The notes under the pieces: model-generated
The model's input: only the letters and a program-made list of their open reading frames with translations
Databases searched by the model: none
Told to the model about the DNA's origin: nothing
Part shown: one piece after another, positions 1 to 10,894 of the stretch
Position numbering within the stretch: the first letter of the stretch is position 1
How the letters are laid out: the number at the start of each line of letters is the position of its first letter
NCBI GenBank assembly: GCA_000934665.2
Contig: JYFJ02003858.1
Location: 1 to 36,968, forward strand
Reading direction: 5' to 3'
DNA: 36,968 nt
From: Catajapyx aquilonaris
Lineage: Eukaryota
Translations under genes and position numbers: made by a program

Positions 1-36
1 CCCCCCCCCCCTTGCCCATACGTGCGGGCGCCCATG
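1..36. mobile_element. Right end of a hAT-like MITE (partial)
   Basis: Poly-C run followed by TGCGGGCGCCCATG, a terminus style like the C-run MITE at 10744. Confidence 0.4.
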
Positions 37-266
37 GTAGCAATTGCAAGGTCACATCTTTGCTTTGGATTTTCTCGAAACTGGTTTTTTGGACTTAGGG
101 GATTTCCCTTGAATGCCCAAGATTTGCACCATAAAATAATCTGAAGAAAGAAATGTTCATTGAAGTTTTCATTTGCAGATAAAAATTACAGAAACAGTAC
201 CGTTAACATTGCTCCAATCATTGTCATGTTTTCAAATATCCCTGCTTCACTACTCCATGTAATTCT

Positions 267-1345
267 TTAACCCCTTCAGCCGCAGCTATACCTGCCATCA
301 CCTAGTTTTCCACTTATGAGTAGCCTAATCTGAAGATACTGACAAGATATTTTACACAAAATAACAGCTATACTTACCAGATCAGGGAAAACACTATGAA
401 TGCATCTGGAACAATTTTCCTCCTCTAGAAGGCCCTATATAAATTTAGAAAAATATTGCTGTAAAACTCGAAATTCGAGTACTCCCGGCCAACTACTTGG
501 CTGATTTAATTATGAAATACGTTAAAATACACGGAATAACAATATTGAGAATAGTGCCAGACGAATTTGCTGAAATCATCGTACCTTGCGAGAAATAAAT
601 TATTTCTTATCTGCAGCTTTCCTGTTACTTCAGAAATCTCCCAAATTAATTAATTTCTCTCAAAGTACGACGATTTCACCAACTCCGTCTGGAAAGGTTC
701 TCAAGGTTAATATTTCGTATATTTTAACGTATTTCATAATTAAATCAGCCTAACAGTTGGCCGGGAGTTCTCGAATGCACAGGTTTTTTTACAGCTATCT
801 TTTTGGAAATTAATTTAGGAACTTCTAGAGGAGGAAAATTGTTCCCAACACATTCATAGCATTTTCAATGAACATGTAAGTATAGCTGTTATTATTTCAT
901 AAAATATATTGTCCTTATCTTCAGAGTACGTGTAAGGGAAAATCTAGGCGATGGCCTAACGGTTGGCCAGTAGTACTTGGATTTCAAGTTATTACTTTTG
1001 AAAATTAATTCAGGGACTTCTAGACGAGTGAAAATGGTTTCTAACACATTCATAGTGTAGTAGAGTATGAACGTGTAACTCAGCTGGTGTAACTGTATGT
1101 TATTATTTGTGAAATATCTTGTCCTTATCTGCAGAGTAAGTGCAAGCGAAAATCTAGGTGATGGAATTTACAACTATCTTTTTGGAAATTAATTTAGGGC
1201 CTTCTAGACAAGGAAAATAGTTTCCAAGATATATGTTATGTTTTCCATGAACGTGTAAGTATAGCTGTTCTTATTTGTAAAATATCTTATAATTTTCTTC
1301 AGAGTATGTGCAAACCAAAATCTAGCCGATGGCAGTATAGCTACA
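267..1345. mobile_element. Degenerate foldback element with piggyBac-like left end and tandem subterminal repeats
   Basis: Starts TTAA|CCCCTTCAGCCGC; about 290-600 is an imperfect inverted copy of about 640-960; a unit of about 190 bp is then repeated near 795, 995 and 1175. Confidence 0.65.
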
Positions 1346-1401
1346 CTCTGTGGAGATCCTTTTGGAAATTAATTTAGGAATGAAAAGCACCAGATGCAAA
1401 A

Positions 1402-1564
1402 TACAGTAGACTCCGGTTATAACAGACTTCAAGGGACTGAGGAAATCAGCCTGTTATAACTGAGGTCTGTTATAGCCATATACACAGGCCATATATGTAA
1501 GTTTGGCAGGACCAGCCTTTCCAGTCTGCTATAGCCGAGGCTGTTATATAAGGAGTCAACTGTA
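1402..1564. mobile_element. Tigger/pogo-like MITE
   Basis: TA|CAGTAGACTCC...GGAGTCAACTG|TA with internal inverted TTATAACAG motifs. Confidence 0.7.
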
Positions 1565-1674
1565 TCTCGTATAATTATATGGCCAGCTTTATTGGGAAAG
1601 TTTTCTTCAGATTGATATGTGGCAATACCCATTCCCAAGGTGGAATCATCATTTAGATATCCTGACTAGATAGT

Positions 1675-2433
1675 TATAGTCAATAAGTTCCCGTCCCGGC
1701 CACGCGAGGCCAGCAGGTGACACGGAGACAGGTGCTGCTGTGGTTGGCTGTGAGGTACATTAGCAGTCACCAACCTGGCCAAGAGTGAACTCGGTGTGCT
1801 GCGTAATAGCTGCGGTACACAGTCGAAAAATGTCGTTCACCATATCAGGCGCGTCCAAGGCGGACGAACGGGCAGTAATTCAGTTCCTGTGTGCAGAGGG
1901 AGCAGGACCGAAGAAGATTCATACATGCATGAGGGCTGTGTATGGAGACACTTGCGTGGCGTACTCGACAGTGAAGGACTAGGTACGCCATTTCCGCAGT
2001 GGTCGACAAGGCACGTCGGACATGGCACGGTCAGGCCGACCTGTTACCGCCTCCAAAGATGCAAGCCTGCGCAGCAATCCTGTCGATGGACAAGCGCCTT
2101 GTCGACCACTGCGGAAATGGCGTACCCAGTCCTTCACTGTCGAGTATGCCACCCATGTGTCTCCATACACAGCCCTCATGCGTGTATGAATCTCCTTCGG
2201 TCCCGCTCCCTCTGCACACAGGAACTGAATTACTGCCTGTTCGTCCGCCTTGGACGCGCCTGATATGGTGAGTGACATTTTTCGACTGTGTACCGCAGCT
2301 ATTACGCAGCACACCGAGTTCACTCTTGGCCAGGTTGGTGACTGCTAATGTACCTCACAGCCAACCACAGCAGCACCTGTCTCCGTGTCACCTGCTGGCC
2401 TCCCGCGGCCGGGACGGGAACTTATTGACTATA
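1675..2433. mobile_element. Foldback mariner derivative made of two inverted 5' ends
   Basis: Arms 1675-2012 and 2096-2433 are near-perfect inverted repeats with TA ends. Each encodes a mariner transposase N-terminal HTH (EQ/ERAVIQFLCAEG..P.EIH.RM.AVYG...STVKDW..HFRSGR); the spacer continues ..DMARSGRP. Confidence 0.92.
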
Positions 2434-2563
2434 CTAATATGTTAGAACATGTTACAAATTAACCTAAGCTGCAACTTTCAGCTGTCTAATATTAGGTTTA
2501 CGTTAAAATTGCACAACTCCTGGATGAGAGAAAAGTTGCCAATATCGTGTATTATTTCCTGAA

Positions 2564-2914
2564 TACAGGTAGCCCCCAGTTCATGAATGACCCGACTCAT
2601 GGCGATCCGTAATTACAAACAGGCTCCCAAGGCGCCCCAGAAGGATAATAATTTATAATTATCCCTCCACTTTCAATCACTTCTGCATCCGTTGACTGAC
2701 ACCAAGTTCAACATAAATATGGTACTGTATATATTAATGAATAATTGGGAAACTACATTCTTCCATACACGTAAACTAACACACGACGTTGGAGCCGCAT
2801 TTTTATCTGTACAGTATTTGTGCGCTGTTCCTCAGGGATCAGCGTTGCGTACAAATATGACTTATGGACATTTTCAGAAATGTAACCCCGTTCGTAGACC
2901 AGGGACTTCCTGTA
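2564..2914. mobile_element. Tigger-like MITE
   Basis: TA|CAGGTAGCCCCC...GGGACTTCCTG|TA; a partial reverse-orientation copy lies at about 33405-33547. Confidence 0.7.
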
Positions 2915-3163
2915 TTTCATTCTGAGTCTACTCATTATCACTGTTGTACAAATCAGAATTTGGCAGGAAGAACTTCAATAAATCACTCAACAAAGGAATA
3001 TGAGAATTCAGTAGATATGGTCTGTTCCCCCCCCCCCCCTCTCTTTTTCCCATTACAAATAAAAGCCCGCACAGTATGAATATACTAGACTTCAACTGCA
3101 TATTTTAACTTCAACACTGCATCACATTGAGATTGGTAATGATTACATAGCATAATATCTCAC

Positions 3164-3289
3164 CTGTCTATTACATCAAAGGCTTCTTTTGTACCTATGA
3201 TGCACAGTGCATTTACTGCTGCATAAGTTGTTGCTAAGTGTCCCATCTGTCCTGGGCCTCCTCCAAATCCTCCTGCTGTGCTCTGGCAC
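3164..3289 (-). CDS. FNTB: FNTB coding exon 4 (not in the ORF track); gene continues left of the window
   Basis: Acceptor gttccacag|; G + CQSTAGGFGGGPGQMGHLATTYAAVNALCIIGTKEAFDVID + AG; donor |GTGAGA. Prenyltransferase repeat GGFGGGPGQ..HLA.TYAAVNAL; phase matches exon 3. Confidence 0.95.
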
Positions 3290-4037
3290 CTGTGGAACAA
3301 TTATTCAGTTTATAAAGAGTAGCATATAACCAAGCAAAAAATTACAATATTTTTGCATATAAAGCAACATGTCAGTATAAAGCAGGGGTAGCCAACTGGC
3401 CGGTATGCCTCAGTGGAGTCGACTACTTGGTGTAAAGAGGTGTAATTCGTGATTTCCCCCTTCCTTTGAAAATTATTAGGTATTTTAATTTTAACCACTA
3501 CTGAATGTTTACAAATGCTGTGTGTAAATGAGCAAAACTAATCACAAGTTAAAAGTGAAGTATAAATGTGAACTCATGCTTATTAATGACAATTAACCTC
3601 ACTCAGAAAGTATTATGGATGTTGATGTTTTGTCACAGAAGTTCTATGTGATTTACAGGACATAGAATCCTTGAAAATGGTGGCTGACAGATAGGAAAAA
3701 GGGGGCAAGAACTCTACATTTTCCCCTTTCCTGTAAGAAATTGCATGTTTCATCAGTTGTACTCCTCACAGGTACAATATACACAAGAATCCATTCTACA
3801 CAGCACACCCATGTCAGTAGAGACAGCAAATGTGAATTTTCAAAAACCTGGTCACCCCAAATTTCACTGGCATGCTACTCTATGTGCAAAAATTCACTAA
3901 AATGGCCAGGAAATGGAATTCAAACTTGTTTTTATATCCCACCCATTCTGCCAACTTTTAGATTACAAAATGGAATTTGGTAGAAATATATGGACTGGGA
4001 ATCCCTTTACCCAATGTCAGAAATTAAGGTTGTCTTC

Positions 4038-4293
4038 AATTGAAGCACCAAGAATGAAAACGCGCATAACTCCAAAATAACCAATATTCTGTTTATGATT
4101 GCAAGGGGTACCTCAAGCCTAGGTGCAACAGCTGCAGAGAGGAAACAACCCAATTCCACATGGAACACCGGAAAAAAAGGGGCCAAAACTCATTTCACCT
4201 ACTTAGGTACTAACAACAAGAGGCAGAAAAACCGCTCCCCTGAAAAGTTGTGATTTTGGAGTTATGCGCGTTTTCATTCTTGGTGCTTCAATT
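4038..4293. mobile_element. MITE with about 38 bp perfect TIRs and AATT flanks (Sola1-like)
   Basis: AATT|GAAGCACCAAGAATGAAAACGCGCATAACTCCAAAAT ... reverse complement|AATT. Confidence 0.75.
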
Positions 4294-5387
4294 GTGCTGG
4301 ATAAGGTGAGGCACCATCGTGAGCAAAAATATGTGGATGGTAGACCAGTGCCACATGTCATAGACGTAATTATCACAGTACAGCAATGGTAAATGACATC
4401 TATCTGGACAGTCGCTGTGTATTTGACAGAATTGAACTAAGTTTCTGGTAACTGGGCACTCTTTCCTCCCATGCGATTGAGACTGCCCTCATCTAAAATT
4501 GGAAGCGAGTCATACAGATGGTGGTTATGGAGGTATCTGAATGCCCCCCCCCCCNNNNNNNNCCCCCCCCCCCTCCCCCCCATTTCGCCCCCTTTACATA
4601 TTCGCCTCTGAGGTAATGGCTGGGCTGCTCTACAGTCATGCCTCAGACTCACATCCTTTTTAGAGAGGCAAGCTGGCCTTGTGTGTAGCCTGGCAACGGC
4701 AGGGGTGGGTGGTAGGCGGAGGGTGCTGATTGGCTCGTTGTATCATGCAGGATTTTTCTCTATCTGACAAGTATGGTTTGAGGAGAGTGTCCTGCCCAGA
4801 TGTCATGACTGTATTAATGCTGCTTCGGATTCTTATTATGCCAGTAGGTAGGGGCATGCACACCGACGCTGGTACTCAGAATGGAAGGGCAGAAATGAAA
4901 GGGTATTTTGTGCTCTCCTGCTTGGGTCAGGGATGGAGTTGCGCTTTGTGTTGGTGATGCTGTATGGCTTTATGTTACCACAACAGTACTGTCCTTTGTT
5001 GTGGCCCTGCCAGGCAGGGTCCATTGCCCTGCTTGGTGCCTTTTATTTTAGTTCAGCCCAAGCGGAAGCGAGCTAGGCACTTATTGTGAGTTTTGTATCC
5101 GCAACGTTTACTGGTGGTGCTGCAGGCCAATGAACATTATTGTGGCTTCGCCAAGCTCCAATCGCATGCAAGCGTCGACCGTCCAAACACCACTGATATC
5201 TTCTTGCGCGGTCTATCAATTTATCATTCGAACGATTAGATGATGCACCTATAATGCATCTCCCTTGGCAACGGGCGTTCCAAACCACGTTCCAAACACA
5301 AGCAAGCGTCACCCCATCCCAACACTGCAGCGAACTGAATCGGCAGGAAAAATAATATGTAATGGGGGCGAACAATAAACAAGATTG

Positions 5388-5718
5388 AGGGAGGCGGAGT
5401 GGCGCTGCAGTAACGTATGCACCCATGGTTCGATCCCAGCCTGGGTTTACCCACTTCATCTCGTGCAGAGTTCTTGGCCATCTCTGGCTTCGTCTCGGGT
5501 GGTATCTTTGTTAAGACAAACCACCCGGGGAGGTCACAAAATGAATACAGCAAAGACATAGCACTGCACCTTGCACATCCCCTCCTACTCATCCTACATC
5601 ACTGGCGGTACCCAGGCGTTACGGAAAAGGACCAGATGTACAAGCTTGTACACCTAAAAGCAAATAAAGGTACCATGCCAGATGCCCATCACTGGGCGGT
5701 GCACTAACCCCAATTATT

Positions 5719-5773
<55 letters not shown>
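5388..5773 (+). mobile_element. tRNA-derived SINE (head type B) with long (AAT)n tail
   Basis: A-box TGGCGCTGCAGTAA, B-box GGTTCGATCCC, body shared with copies at 7799, 20005 and 26549; AAGATTG direct repeats. Confidence 0.8.
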
Positions 5774-5775
<2 letters not shown>

Positions 5776-6222
5776 GATTGGCAAATCACGCGAGCATGAT
5801 TAGAGTAGACTTTTTAATGTTTATTGCCATTGTCCGGAATGTCCGTCACGGTAGGCCTACTGGGACTGAAACTGAAACCACCCATTACTCATTTTCAGCC
5901 AAAAGTGGACTTACCCTTTTCCCCCTCCCTCCTCCTACCCCCAGACCGTTTTTAGACCTTTTTTCATCCATCGAAAAAAGTCTTATAGCATGGCTCTGTC
6001 CGTCCCTCTGTGGACAGGGATCAGGTATCATGGGGAAGGAGAAGGGAAAGGGTGATCAGTGGGAAAGGCAAGGTCTGGGGAGAATGGGCGGTCAGGGGCA
6101 GGAGGTGGCGGGGGCAGATAGAGTGAACCCGGAACCCGAAAATGGAAAAAAAAGTCTTATAGGACGGCTGTCTGCCTGTCTGATACCTGTCCACAGACAG
6201 ACAGAGCCGTTATATAGGCTAA

Positions 6223-6385
6223 AGGCCATTTCACAAAAAAAAATGTCGCGCGGCAAACGGCGCGACTTGCGGCAAATTTTTATTTATATTTATTGTTGCC
6301 AACAATTGGCAACAATAAATATAAATAAAAAATTTGCCGCAAGTCGCGCCGCTTGCCGCGCGACATTTTTTTTGTGAAATGGCCT
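6223..6385. mobile_element. PIF/Harbinger (Tourist)-like hairpin MITE
   Basis: Near-perfect 163 bp palindrome AGGCCATTTCAC...GTGAAATGGCCT with TAA TSD. Confidence 0.85.
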
Positions 6386-6926
6386 TAAGAGTTTTTTCCT
6401 CGAAAAAGTCTAAAATGTGAACGTTTCACAAAAAACCGCCCTTTGGACGCAGAAATATCTGAAGATTAACCCCATACACACCTTCTACACGGATCACCAT
6501 GCTCGGCGCAGATCCTGCCGGATCCGGCAAAAATCCCGCAAGAATCCCGCGCGATCGGGCGCGGCGAGATTCTGGGAAATCTGAGAGCGGAAGCGAAAAC
6601 CTGGCAACGCTGCGATGCCCCTCAAGACCCACTTTTAAAACGGATTTTTTTTACTTTTATAAATATCCATAGAGGTGGCCATTGATCATAGCAGATGACC
6701 GACTATTGATTTAGTCCGGAAATATGCCTTCTAAGTTTGTACTTTGAGGAGTAACGCCGGATCAGAGTAGCCACTAGTCCACTACAACTCTTGAAAACGA
6801 AACGTTGCCAGAGTTAGCGCGCTACTCGGGGAGACATAAAACGTAGAAAAATGAGCAGTTTCGTGTGCAGGTATTAGGGTAAACCGTACAGTGATGCCCA
6901 CTGCCCACTGCACCTTGGTTCTTTAA

Positions 6927-7055
6927 GGCCCCTAGTCTGATGACCCGGGGTAAGCTATCCCGGGGGCAATCACCATGGCAGCATATGTAAAAGGATAGCA
7001 GTAAACAACCAGTTACCCAGGGGGCAAGCTACCCCGGGTCACCAGACTATATACC
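6927..7055. mobile_element. Tourist-like MITE
   Basis: TAGTCTGATGACCCGGGG / CCCCGGGTCACCAGACTA inverted ends, TAA TSD. Confidence 0.65.
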
Positions 7056-7065
7056 TAAGACTGGT

Positions 7066-7180
7066 TTGGTTTGGTTTGGTTTATTAGGAAGAAGCTAAAG
7101 CAACTGTGGCTATCTGGCTGTAAGAAGAAGCAAAGGTGGGACAGATGGAAAGAGAAACGAAGATGAAAAAGAAGAGAGGA
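7066..7180 (-). mobile_element. 5'-truncated retroposon fragment with (AAACC)n tail
   Basis: (GGTTT)n at the left end; AAGACTGGT direct repeats at 7057 and 7181. Confidence 0.5.
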
Positions 7181-7336
7181 AAGACTGGTATGTCTCTTAG
7201 TTCTTTAAGAAATAGGCTGTGTAAATGACATAACATGAAGAAATGATCCTGGTGCACCTGTGGTCCCTGGCATGAACTAGGTCAAAAATCAGTCCACAGC
7301 GGGCATTGCAGGAGGAGTAATGGCATCTGACACAGA

Positions 7337-7680
7337 GGGGCCGTCCAGAAGGGCCAACCTTAGCCGCGGCCAGCCGCGGCTGGTCGAGGCCGCGACGGTT
7401 CACACGGCAACGGCCGCGGCCAGCCCACGGCTCAGAAGTCGGCCAAGTTGGCCGACTTCCTGGAAGTTGGCTCGCTGCTTGGCCACGGCTTGGCCTCGGC
7501 GATGGATACTGCGCGTCACTTGTTTTTCGTCGCTGCCATGACTACCGGCCACTATTACAAATGCGGGTGGCTGTTATTAAAATATGTGCCCGTCTGAACG
7601 GGTACCGTGGCCAGCTGTGGCTCCGCAAGCCGGGGCCGATGCCAGGGCCGCGGCTAAGGTTGGCCCGTCTGGACGGCCCC
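7337..7680. mobile_element. GC-rich PIF/Harbinger-like MITE
   Basis: TIR GGGGCCGTCCAGA.GGGCCAACCTTAGCCGCGGCC; absent from the homologous site near 29295. Confidence 0.8.
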
Positions 7681-7798
7681 ATAGACCTACTGGTCATGTT
7701 GGAATGCAGCTGGTATGTGTTAACTTTTTTCTGGACTTTCTTGCATTGTAAGTGTGTTTCTGGTCTCATAAATATCTCGAAAGCAATGTGAGGTATAT

Positions 7799-8142
7799 AA
7801 TAATCATAATAATAATCCGGGGTAGGGCTTAACCCCAACTGAGGTATGCAGCACGGACCTTTATTTATTATGTCAAGTACATTGGAGCCTTTATACGTAA
7901 TGCCCGGGCCCACGGGCAGGATGACAGGAGCGGTTGTGCAAGGTGCAGTGCAATGTCTTATCCGTGGCCATTTTTAGTGAACTCCCCTGGGTGGTTTAGT
8001 CTGTGGAAATACCACCTGAGACGAAGCCAGAGGTGACCATGAACTCTGCACGAGATGAAGTGGGTCCCCGGGTTGGGATCGAATCCAGGACCTTAACATC
8101 TGTGGGCACATATGTTACCGCAGCACCACTCCCACCTCCCCT
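7799..8142 (-). mobile_element. tRNA-derived SINE (head type B)
   Basis: 14 bp TSD AATGTGAGGTATAT (7785, 8143); empty site at about 29408. Confidence 0.88.
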
Positions 8143-8706
8143 AATGTGAGGTATATGAAAGTATTGGTCTAGAGGTGCTTTATTGAAGCATGGGATGGAA
8201 ACCAGTCCCTTTGTTCAGAAGTATGAATTCATTAGGATGGCCATGACTGTCCAGCATCTAATGACCTTTCATAGTGATAGCCATGCCATGGACATTACTG
8301 TGTTGGGCTTTAAAAAATTAAATGCCCCATATGTAGGCCTAAGTAAGTATCATGATCACGAGAGTTATTCTTGGAGAGAAATGACAGCAATGATTTAGGC
8401 AGAAATACGCAGCAATAGCAAATCCATCGGCCTATCTTTATTGCGTGTAACGGACAAACCGTATTCTTGTGTGTGACGAATACTTTAAAATAAAATAATC
8501 AGTCATATTTCCTGACAACCTGTACAAGCTTTTGAGTGGCTTTATCTCACATCAGTTAGGCCTACCTTCCTAATACCGATGGGGTCCCTACTGTAGATAG
8601 CCTATTGTTTGCTGCCATGGCCATCACTATCTTGACACCTGGCCATTACTATTTGGACGGGTGGCCATTACTGTCTTTTAGGTAGGATATTTTGTGCATT
8701 TAAATA

Positions 8707-9927
8707 TACAGGGTGATCCAACTCTGTGGCACCAGTAGTTATTGGAAAAATCGCGCAAGCTGCTTGTTTATAAGCAGGTCGTTGCTAAGAGATGCTTTCT
8801 GGCTCTTTCTGGAGAATCGGGAATAGCACCGGCTGATATTAGGTCTAATGCCCATGTAACAATATTAATGAGGGAAAAAAGGGTCATCCGTAGGAAACAG
8901 GCCTGTTCTGGTGTTCGCCGGAGGGTTTCACATGAGGTCACTAGCTGCCAAACCAGAGTGCTAATCCGTCGGAACTGGACAGACCCGGGTGTGTCAATAA
9001 ATAGGCCTTCTGGTCTGTTCACTGTTGGCCGCAGTTGGCGCAACTGAGACAGGTCAACAGGCAGCGTTGTTTAGTTACCAGTCTTAGCACCTGCTGATAT
9101 TAGGTCCAATGCCCATACATGTACCAATTAATGAGAGAATGCCCAATGCAGACTGTATTGTTAGAACCCTAGAAGCCCTTGGGCGGCCCTCAAACAGGCC
9201 CCCTGAGTAAGGCATGTCCTGGTCCTGACTCTACAAGAACTATTTATTTACTGGTAACTAAACAACGCTGACTGTTGACCTGTCTCGGTTGCGCCAACAG
9301 CGGCCAACAATGAACAGACCAGAAGGCCTATTTATTGACACACCCGGGTCTGTCCAGTTCCGACGGATTGGGCCTGTGGTTTGGCAGCTAGTGACCTCAT
9401 GTGAAACCCTCCAGCGAACACCAGAACTGGCCTGTTTCCCACGGATGACCCTTTTTTCCCTCATTAATATTGTTACATGGGCATTAGAGACCGACGCAGG
9501 TTGGCATAGTGGATAAGGCGTCCGACTGCTAATCGGGAGGTCCTGGGTTCGAATCCCGGTGCCGGCAACTCTAACCGTGGTTTTCTGTGGTTTCCCACGG
9601 TTTCTCCAGGAGAATTCCGAAGTTGTTTCCTAATAAACAGGCCACAGCCGCCCCCTTCCTTTCCTATCCTCTCCCAAAAAGCAATAAGTAAAAATGCAAG
9701 CAAAGAGTTCCAGACAAAACAAAAATTCCCCCCTAAACAGCCGCCGGCTGATAACGGGGTATGAATTATTATTATTACATGGGCATTAGACCGAATATCA
9801 GCAGGTGCTATTCCCGATTCTCCAGAAAGAGCCAGAAAGCATCTCTTAGCAACGACCTGCTTATAAACAAGCAGCTTGCGCGATTTTTCCAATAACTACT
9901 GGTGCCACAGAGTTGGATATCCCTGTA
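8707..9927. mobile_element. Foldback Tc1/mariner-type element with about 370 bp inverted arms
   Basis: TA|CAGGGTGATCCAACTCTGTGGCACC...CCCTG|TA; arms about 8709-9082 and 9250-9925 (right arm interrupted by a SINE); absent from the homologous site near 30375. Confidence 0.88.
9489..9774 (+). mobile_element. tRNA(Ser-like)-derived SINE (head type A)
   Basis: TGGCATAGTGG A-box, GACT-GCT-AATC anticodon-like arm, GGTTCGAATCCC B-box, (ATT)n tail, 16 bp TSD TTACATGGGCATTAGA. Confidence 0.9.
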
Positions 9928-10265
9928 TATATACACTTTTTGATAGATTTGCGTAAATTTGATGCAATGTGAACGGGGACAACCTCAGTAATTAGAAAAA
10001 TATTTTAGAACATCTGCGTGAAAAGAAAAGGTGAGAATATTCATGCATTCCTGAGACCAATACACTAAACTGGCCATCACTGCATGGTTTACCCTACCCC
10101 ATCTCCCAATTGCCTCACCCCACACCTGCCAGCTGGGCCCACTCCTCTCCCTATTCCAAAGAGCAGTTCCCCAATCTTATTTTAGTAGACTGCTGTTTAC
10201 CTATAAATCTACTGTTCCCTTTTATTTCAACCTCATAAATTATGCACACAACTCCTCATGCTTTA

Positions 10266-10417
10266 AGGTGCATTTACATCTGAGCGATTTGACAGGCGAA
10301 ATCTTCGCCGAGGCTGAAATTAACAATCGATTTTTGCCCCAAACAATATTGGTTACTTGGGTTACTTAGCCTCAGCGAAGACTTTGCTCGCCAAATCGCT
10401 CACATGTAAGCGCACCT
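10266..10417. mobile_element. Tourist-like hairpin MITE
   Basis: AGGTGCATTTACATCTGAGCGATTTG inverted ends, TTA TSD. Confidence 0.78.
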
Positions 10418-10894
10418 TTAGAGGCACATCATACTACACAAGATGCGGACGTATTCTGTTGGCATTCTCAGTCAAAAATGCAAAAAATGAAAAGGTTAAT
10501 CATGAGGATGATTGCACAGAGACAGTCAAGCCGAGACATTACCAGAGGGTAATGTGCGAGAAAGCCGGCTCGCTGACATGTCAGCGATGTGACAGTCCCA
10601 TTTTTAGATCAACACCACGTGCTTCAGGATGAAATGTAGGAATGGTTATTTGTTATTTTTTTCTTGCTTATGCCAAAATGTTTCAATCATGTTATATTTA
10701 TCGATTGACTTTGTAAATTAGGGGTATACACTGTCACTCAGAGCAGTGGCGCACCCAGGGGGGTTCAAACCCCCCCCCCCCCCCCCCCCCCAAAAAAAAA
10801 GGGGNAATAAAATGCAATGAAGGTAGGTGTATGTAGAAATAAGAGGCTCCAATAATGCTACTACAGTACTAGGCAACAAAAATCAACTTGTTTC

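Larger units (their letters stand above)
6875..10096 (-). mobile_element. Decayed pogo/Fot1-like DNA transposon hosting several nested insertions (copy A)
   Basis: TA-flanked TIRs GGGTAAACC(G/A)T(A/G)CAGTGATG, 22/26 identical; interior homologous to 29165-30556; weak DDE_1-like remnants on the minus strand (MLDSHGH, LVSIP...APLDQYF). Confidence 0.6.

Noticed and set aside
795..1345. CRISPR-like or other regularly spaced repeat array
   Set aside because: Long degenerate tandem units without unique spacers, in eukaryotic intronic DNA with no cas genes.
4544..4580. Poly-C/G tracts with Ns (also 10770, 24390, 33260)
   Set aside because: Homopolymer runs typical of MITE subtermini, with sequencing uncertainty; lengths are unreliable.
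5778..6377. 199-aa ORF
   Set aside because: Non-ATG start, crosses MITE boundaries, low-complexity composition and no homology recognised.
9489..9570. Apparent tRNA-Ser(GCT) genes here and at 28576, 11468 and 13670
   Set aside because: They lack a proper acceptor stem and long variable arm, continue into shared bodies and simple-repeat tails, and are flanked by TSDs, so they are SINE heads.
8742..9892. Duplicated MEKSRKLL... ORFs
   Set aside because: Mirror translations of foldback arms with non-ATG starts; no transposase motifs recognised.
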